NCBI RefSeq assembly: GCF_000012905.2
Contig: NC_007493.2
Coordinates: 1,440,001-1,472,000, forward strand
DNA: 32,000 nucleotides
Source: Cereibacter sphaeroides 2.4.1
GTDB taxonomy: Bacteria > Pseudomonadota > Alphaproteobacteria > Rhodobacterales > Rhodobacteraceae
Direction of reading: 5' to 3'
The notes under the pieces are model-generated. The model had not been told where the DNA came from and ran no database searches. It saw nothing but the letters and a program-made list of their open reading frames with translations. Both the position numbers and the translations under genes were made by a program. Below, in pieces: positions 28,293 through 32,000 of this stretch. Each line of letters begins with the position of its first letter. Position 1 is the stretch's first letter.

Positions 28293-29723
28293 TCAATCCG
28301 GCGCCCCGAGCGGCTCCTCCTCGTCCTCGTAATCGTCCTCGATTCGGGCAAGCCGGCTGCCTCCCTTCGCGGTGGTCACCACGCCCAGCGACTTCAGCTT
28401 GCGGTGCAGGGCCGAGCGTTCCATCCCGACAAAGGCCGCCGTGCGGCTGATGTTCCCGCCGAAGCGGTTGATCTGGGTGAGAAGATATTCGCGCTCGAAG
28501 AGCTCGCGTGCCTCTCGAAGCGGGAGCGTGGCGAGCGCCCCGCCGAGGATCAGCCGCCCCTCCTCGCCCGGGCCCTCGTTGCCCGGCAGCTCGCGCGCCT
28601 CGATGGGGCCCGATCCGTCGCCGAGGATCAGCACCCGCTCGATCACGTTGCGCAGCTGGCGCACGTTGCCCGGCCACGGCATCGTCTGGAGCATTGCCTC
28701 GGCCTCGGAGGTGAGGCTGCGCAGCGGCAGGCCCTGACTGCGGTGGAACATCTCGATGAAGTGCCGGGCCAGCATCGGAATATCCTCGCGCCGGTCGGTC
28801 AGCGCCGGCACCTCGATCGGCACCACGTTCAGCCGGTCGTAAAGTTCCTGCCGGAAGCGGCCCGCGGCGATCTCGGTGCGCAGGTCGCGCGTCGTCGAAG
28901 AGATCACCCGCAGGTCGACCCGCACCTTGTCGGTGCCGCCCTGCCGGGTGAATTGCTGTTCGGTCAGCACGCGCAGGATCTTCGACTGGGTGCCGAGCGG
29001 CATGTCCGCCACCTCGTCGAAATAGACGATGCCGCCGTGCGCCTGCTCGAGCAGCCCCTGCTCGATCCCGCGCTCGGCCGTCTCGCGGCCGAAGAGGACC
29101 TCCTCCATCCGGTCGGGCTCGACGGTGGCCGAGGAGACCGAGATGAAGGGCGCCCCTGCCCGGCCCGAATTGGCGTGGATGAAGCGCGCGGCCAGCTCTT
29201 TCCCGGCGCCCGCGGGCCCTGAGAGCATGACGCGCCCGTTCGACTTGGTGACCTTCTCGAGCTGCGACTTCAGCAGCCGGTAGGCGGTCGAGCCGCCCAG
29301 CATCTCGGCCGCCGAGACGTCGCGCCGGCGCAGCTCGCTGTTCTCGCGCCGCAGACGCGCCGTCTCCATCGCGCGCTGGACCACCACCATGAGCTGGTCG
29401 ATGTTGAAGGGCTTCTCGATGAAGTCGTAGGCGCCCTGCTTGATCGCCGCCACCGCGATCTCGATGTTGCCGTGCCCCGAGATGATGACCACCGGCACGT
29501 CGGGATTGTCGCGCTTGGTGCGCTTCAGGATGTCGATCCCGTCCATCCGGCTGTCCTTGAGCCAGATGTCGAGGATCATCAGCGCCGGCGGCTCGGCATT
29601 CACCGCCGCCATGCACTCGTCGGAATTGGCGGCGAGGCGGATCTGGAAGCCCTCGTCGCGCAGGATGTCCCCGATCAGCTCGCGGATGTCGCGCTCGTCA
29701 TCGACGATCAGAATGCTGCTCAT
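28293..29723 (-). CDS. ntrX: Two-component response regulator NtrX (receiver + AAA+ + Fis-type HTH)
   Basis: The receiver domain has phospho-acceptor D52 (LMILDIWL). Walker A GPAGAGKE, Walker B GIVYFDEV and a C-terminal HTH GGNISRTAAFVGMERSALHRKLKSLG are present. Its ATG overlaps the ntrY stop (ATGA). Confidence 0.9.
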   Translation of the reverse strand: MSSILIVDDERDIRELIGDILRDEGFQIRLAANSDECMAAVNAEPPALMILDIWLKDSRMDGIDILKRTKRDNPDVPVVIISGHGNIEIAVAAIKQGAYDFIEKPFNIDQLMVVVQRAMETARLRRENSELRRRDVSAAEMLGGSTAYRLLKSQLEKVTKSNGRVMLSGPAGAGKELAARFIHANSGRAGAPFISVSSATVEPDRMEEVLFGRETAERGIEQGLLEQAHGGIVYFDEVADMPLGTQSKILRVLTEQQFTRQGGTDKVRVDLRVISSTTRDLRTEIAAGRFRQELYDRLNVVPIEVPALTDRREDIPMLARHFIEMFHRSQGLPLRSLTSEAEAMLQTMPWPGNVRQLRNVIERVLILGDGSGPIEARELPGNEGPGEEGRLILGGALATLPLREARELFEREYLLTQINRFGGNISRTAAFVGMERSALHRKLKSLGVVTTAKGGSRLARIEDDYEDEEEPLGAPD

Positions 29724-31981
29724 GTGTCCTCCGGTCTCGCCTCGCCGGTCTTCGCGGCCCGCGCCCGGCTGCGCAGGATGCGGGGCAGCCGGATCTCGGC
29801 CATGGCCCCGCGGTGGCCGTCATGGGTGAAGGGGTCGGCATCGCTGAGCGTCAGGATGCCGCCATGTTCCTCGATGATCTTCTTCACGATGGGCAGGCCG
29901 AGGCCGGTGCCCTTCTCACGCGTGGTGACATAGGGTTCGAAGAGCCGCGTCCGGTCGGGCGGAAGCCCCGTGCCATTGTCGGCGATGCGCAGCAGCGCCT
30001 GATCCTCGTTGACCGTAAGCGAGACGCGGATCTCGGGTTCGAACCCCTGACCTTCCGCCTCGCGGCGGGCCTCGATCGCCTCGCCCGCGTTCTTCATCAG
30101 GTTGGTCAAGGCCTGCCCGATCATGGTCGTGTCGATGTCGATGGGCCAGGGATCCGACGGCAGCCGCGCCTCGATCCGCACCTCGGGCTGGCCCGCCTCC
30201 TGCAGCACCACCGCGTCGCGGACGAGCTTCACGAGATCCGCCTCGCGCCGGTCGGGCTCGGGCATCCGGGCGAATTTCGAGAATTCGTCCACGATACGGC
30301 GCAGATCGTTGGTCTGGCGGATGATGACATCGGAATATTGGTCGAGATCGCCCGCCTGCTCGCCCACGAGCGGGCGGAACTTGCGCTTGATCCGCTCGGC
30401 CGAGAGCTGGATCGGCGTCAGCGGGTTCTTGATCTCATGCGCGATGCGCCGCGCCACGTCGCCCCAGGCGGCCATCCGCTGCGCCGAGACGAGGTCGGTC
30501 ACGTCGTCGAAGGCCACCACATAGCCTTCGAGCCGGCCGCTCTCGTTGCGCCGCGGGCTCATGCGGACGAGAAGGCTCTCCATCCGGCCCTTGCGGATCA
30601 GGCGGATCTCCTCCTGCACGGCCGCCCCCGTCTCGCGCAGCCGCGCGAAGAGGGCCGCGAACTCCGGCACGGCGGTGGACAGGGACATGTTGCCCGCCTG
30701 CGGCAGTTCGAGCAGCCGCTGGGCGGCGCGGTTGATGAAATCGACCTGCCCCACCGCGTCGAGCCCGATCACCCCCGCCGTGACCGAGGAGAGCACCGAG
30801 TCGAACAGCCGCCGCCGCCGCTCGGTCTGGCGGTTGTTGTCCATCAGCGCGTCGCGCTGGCCCTTCAGCTGCCGGGTCATCTGGTTGAAGAGCCGGCCCA
30901 GCATCGCGATCTCGTCGTCGCCCTCCTCCTCGGGCACCTGCACGTCGAGATCGCCCGCACCCACGCGCTGCGCAGCCCCTGCGAGCCGCCCCACGGGGCG
31001 CGACAGCCGCTCGGCGAACCAGAACCCCAGCCAGACGGCGGCAAGGATCAGGATCAGCGCGAAGCCGAGGTAGAGCAGCCCGAACTCGAACAGCATCCGC
31101 CCGCGCTCGGCTTCCAGCTGATGATAGAGCACCACCGTCTCGCGCGTATCGTCGAGCAGGCTCAGGATCGAGCCGTCCACCGTGCGCGAGACATAGAGGA
31201 AGCGGTCGGGGAAGGCCGTGAGATGGACGAGGGCGCGGAATTCGTTGTTGGCCCAGTCCTGGATCAGGACCGTCTGGCCCGCGCGCGCCCGCTCGATGTC
31301 GGTGGCATCGGGCTGCTCGAAATCGAAGAGATAGCTGCGTTCGCCCCGGGTGCGGAGCACGCCGCTGCCATCGATCAGGAAGGCCTCGCGCAGGCCGCGC
31401 TGGATCTTCTCCTGTCCCTGCGTGAGAAGCGGCCGCAGCTGGTCGTCGCGCAGGAAGAAGGTCGATTGCTTGGCCACGTTGAGATAGGCCGCCAGCGCCT
31501 CGGCATCCTCGATCAGATCGCGGCGGTGCTCTTCCTGATAGGCCTCGGCTGCCTCGAGCGAGGCCCCCACCACCTGCCGCACCCGCTCAGAGAACCAGCC
31601 CTCCAGACCCACGTTCACCGTGAGCATCGCGAAGACCGCGACGAGGATGGTGGGCACGAGCGCGAGCCCCGCGAAGGTGCCCACCAGCCGCAGATGCAGC
31701 CGCGAGCCCGCCGACTGGCTGCGCCGGTCCGAGACCATGCGGGCGATCCGCGCGATCACCAGCGCCGCCACCGCGAGGACGTAGACCAGATCGGCCAGCA
31801 GCACGAATCGCAGCGAGGGCGAATTCGCCCCCTGATTCATCGGCCCCAATGCAAGGAAGGTCGCCAGCGCCAGCACCGGCCCCAGCAGGACGAGGCCGAA
31901 GGCCATCGCCGTCTGGAATCGCCGCTGCCTGCGCAGGCGCGCGAGCTTGATCCAGGTGTTGCTGCGCACAGCAGTCCGCAC
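29720..31981 (-). CDS. ntrY: Sensor histidine kinase NtrY (TM-HAMP-PAS-HisKA-HATPase)
   Basis: The H-box HEIKNPLTPIQLSAERI, N-box NLMKNAGEAI, G-boxes DNGTGLP and GTGLGLPIVKKIIEEHGG, and N-terminal TM segments are present. The track start at 31981 is a GTG. The frame stays open to the window edge, so the true start may lie outside the window. Confidence 0.9.
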   Translation of the reverse strand: MRTAVRSNTWIKLARLRRQRRFQTAMAFGLVLLGPVLALATFLALGPMNQGANSPSLRFVLLADLVYVLAVAALVIARIARMVSDRRSQSAGSRLHLRLVGTFAGLALVPTILVAVFAMLTVNVGLEGWFSERVRQVVGASLEAAEAYQEEHRRDLIEDAEALAAYLNVAKQSTFFLRDDQLRPLLTQGQEKIQRGLREAFLIDGSGVLRTRGERSYLFDFEQPDATDIERARAGQTVLIQDWANNEFRALVHLTAFPDRFLYVSRTVDGSILSLLDDTRETVVLYHQLEAERGRMLFEFGLLYLGFALILILAAVWLGFWFAERLSRPVGRLAGAAQRVGAGDLDVQVPEEEGDDEIAMLGRLFNQMTRQLKGQRDALMDNNRQTERRRRLFDSVLSSVTAGVIGLDAVGQVDFINRAAQRLLELPQAGNMSLSTAVPEFAALFARLRETGAAVQEEIRLIRKGRMESLLVRMSPRRNESGRLEGYVVAFDDVTDLVSAQRMAAWGDVARRIAHEIKNPLTPIQLSAERIKRKFRPLVGEQAGDLDQYSDVIIRQTNDLRRIVDEFSKFARMPEPDRREADLVKLVRDAVVLQEAGQPEVRIEARLPSDPWPIDIDTTMIGQALTNLMKNAGEAIEARREAEGQGFEPEIRVSLTVNEDQALLRIADNGTGLPPDRTRLFEPYVTTREKGTGLGLPIVKKIIEEHGGILTLSDADPFTHDGHRGAMAEIRLPRILRSRARAAKTGEARPEDT

Positions 31982-32000
31982 GGATAGCCTGTCCCGCCTC

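Overview
Very GC-rich chromosomal segment. Gene order and protein sequences look alphaproteobacterial, Rhodobacterales (Rhodobacter/Cereibacter-like); that assignment is inference. I support 24 protein-coding genes, almost all housekeeping and tightly packed. Left to right: tsf (partial) and rpsB; psuK-psuG (pseudouridine catabolism); bdhA; an orphan family-5 solute-binding protein plus an entericidin-like lipoprotein; a tetR-MFP-RND efflux operon back-to-back with a DsbA/FrnE-like oxidoreductase-MFS exporter pair; mfd; an uncharacterised membrane protein; hemB; a Tat/lipobox SYLF-domain lipoprotein; a beta-hydroxyacid dehydrogenase; a penicillin/AHL-acylase family Ntn hydrolase; and the conserved alphaproteobacterial block ntrY-ntrX-trkA-trkH-hfq-hflX. 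I found no rRNA, tRNA, CRISPR array, transposase, integrase or phage gene. I see no convincing evidence for a new multi-gene system such as a defence island or toxin-antitoxin pair. The most interesting unexplained signal is non-coding, at 3996-4106 on the minus strand. There a sigma70-like promoter (TTGGAC-N17-TATAAG) is followed by two hairpins and a strong intrinsic terminator, upstream of bdhA. This is either a ~75-nt sRNA or a leader attenuator. Secondary points: a perfect 20-bp palindromic operator upstream of tetR; NtrX lacking the GAFTGA sigma54-contact motif; a membrane-anchored acylase that could be a quorum-quenching enzyme; a 460-bp intergenic region holding a short ABC-permease-like relic; and palindromes in the hemB and hfq control regions. 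Many long ORFs in the supplied track are antisense artefacts of high GC content. The track also uses GTG/TTG starts, so several N-termini were re-set.
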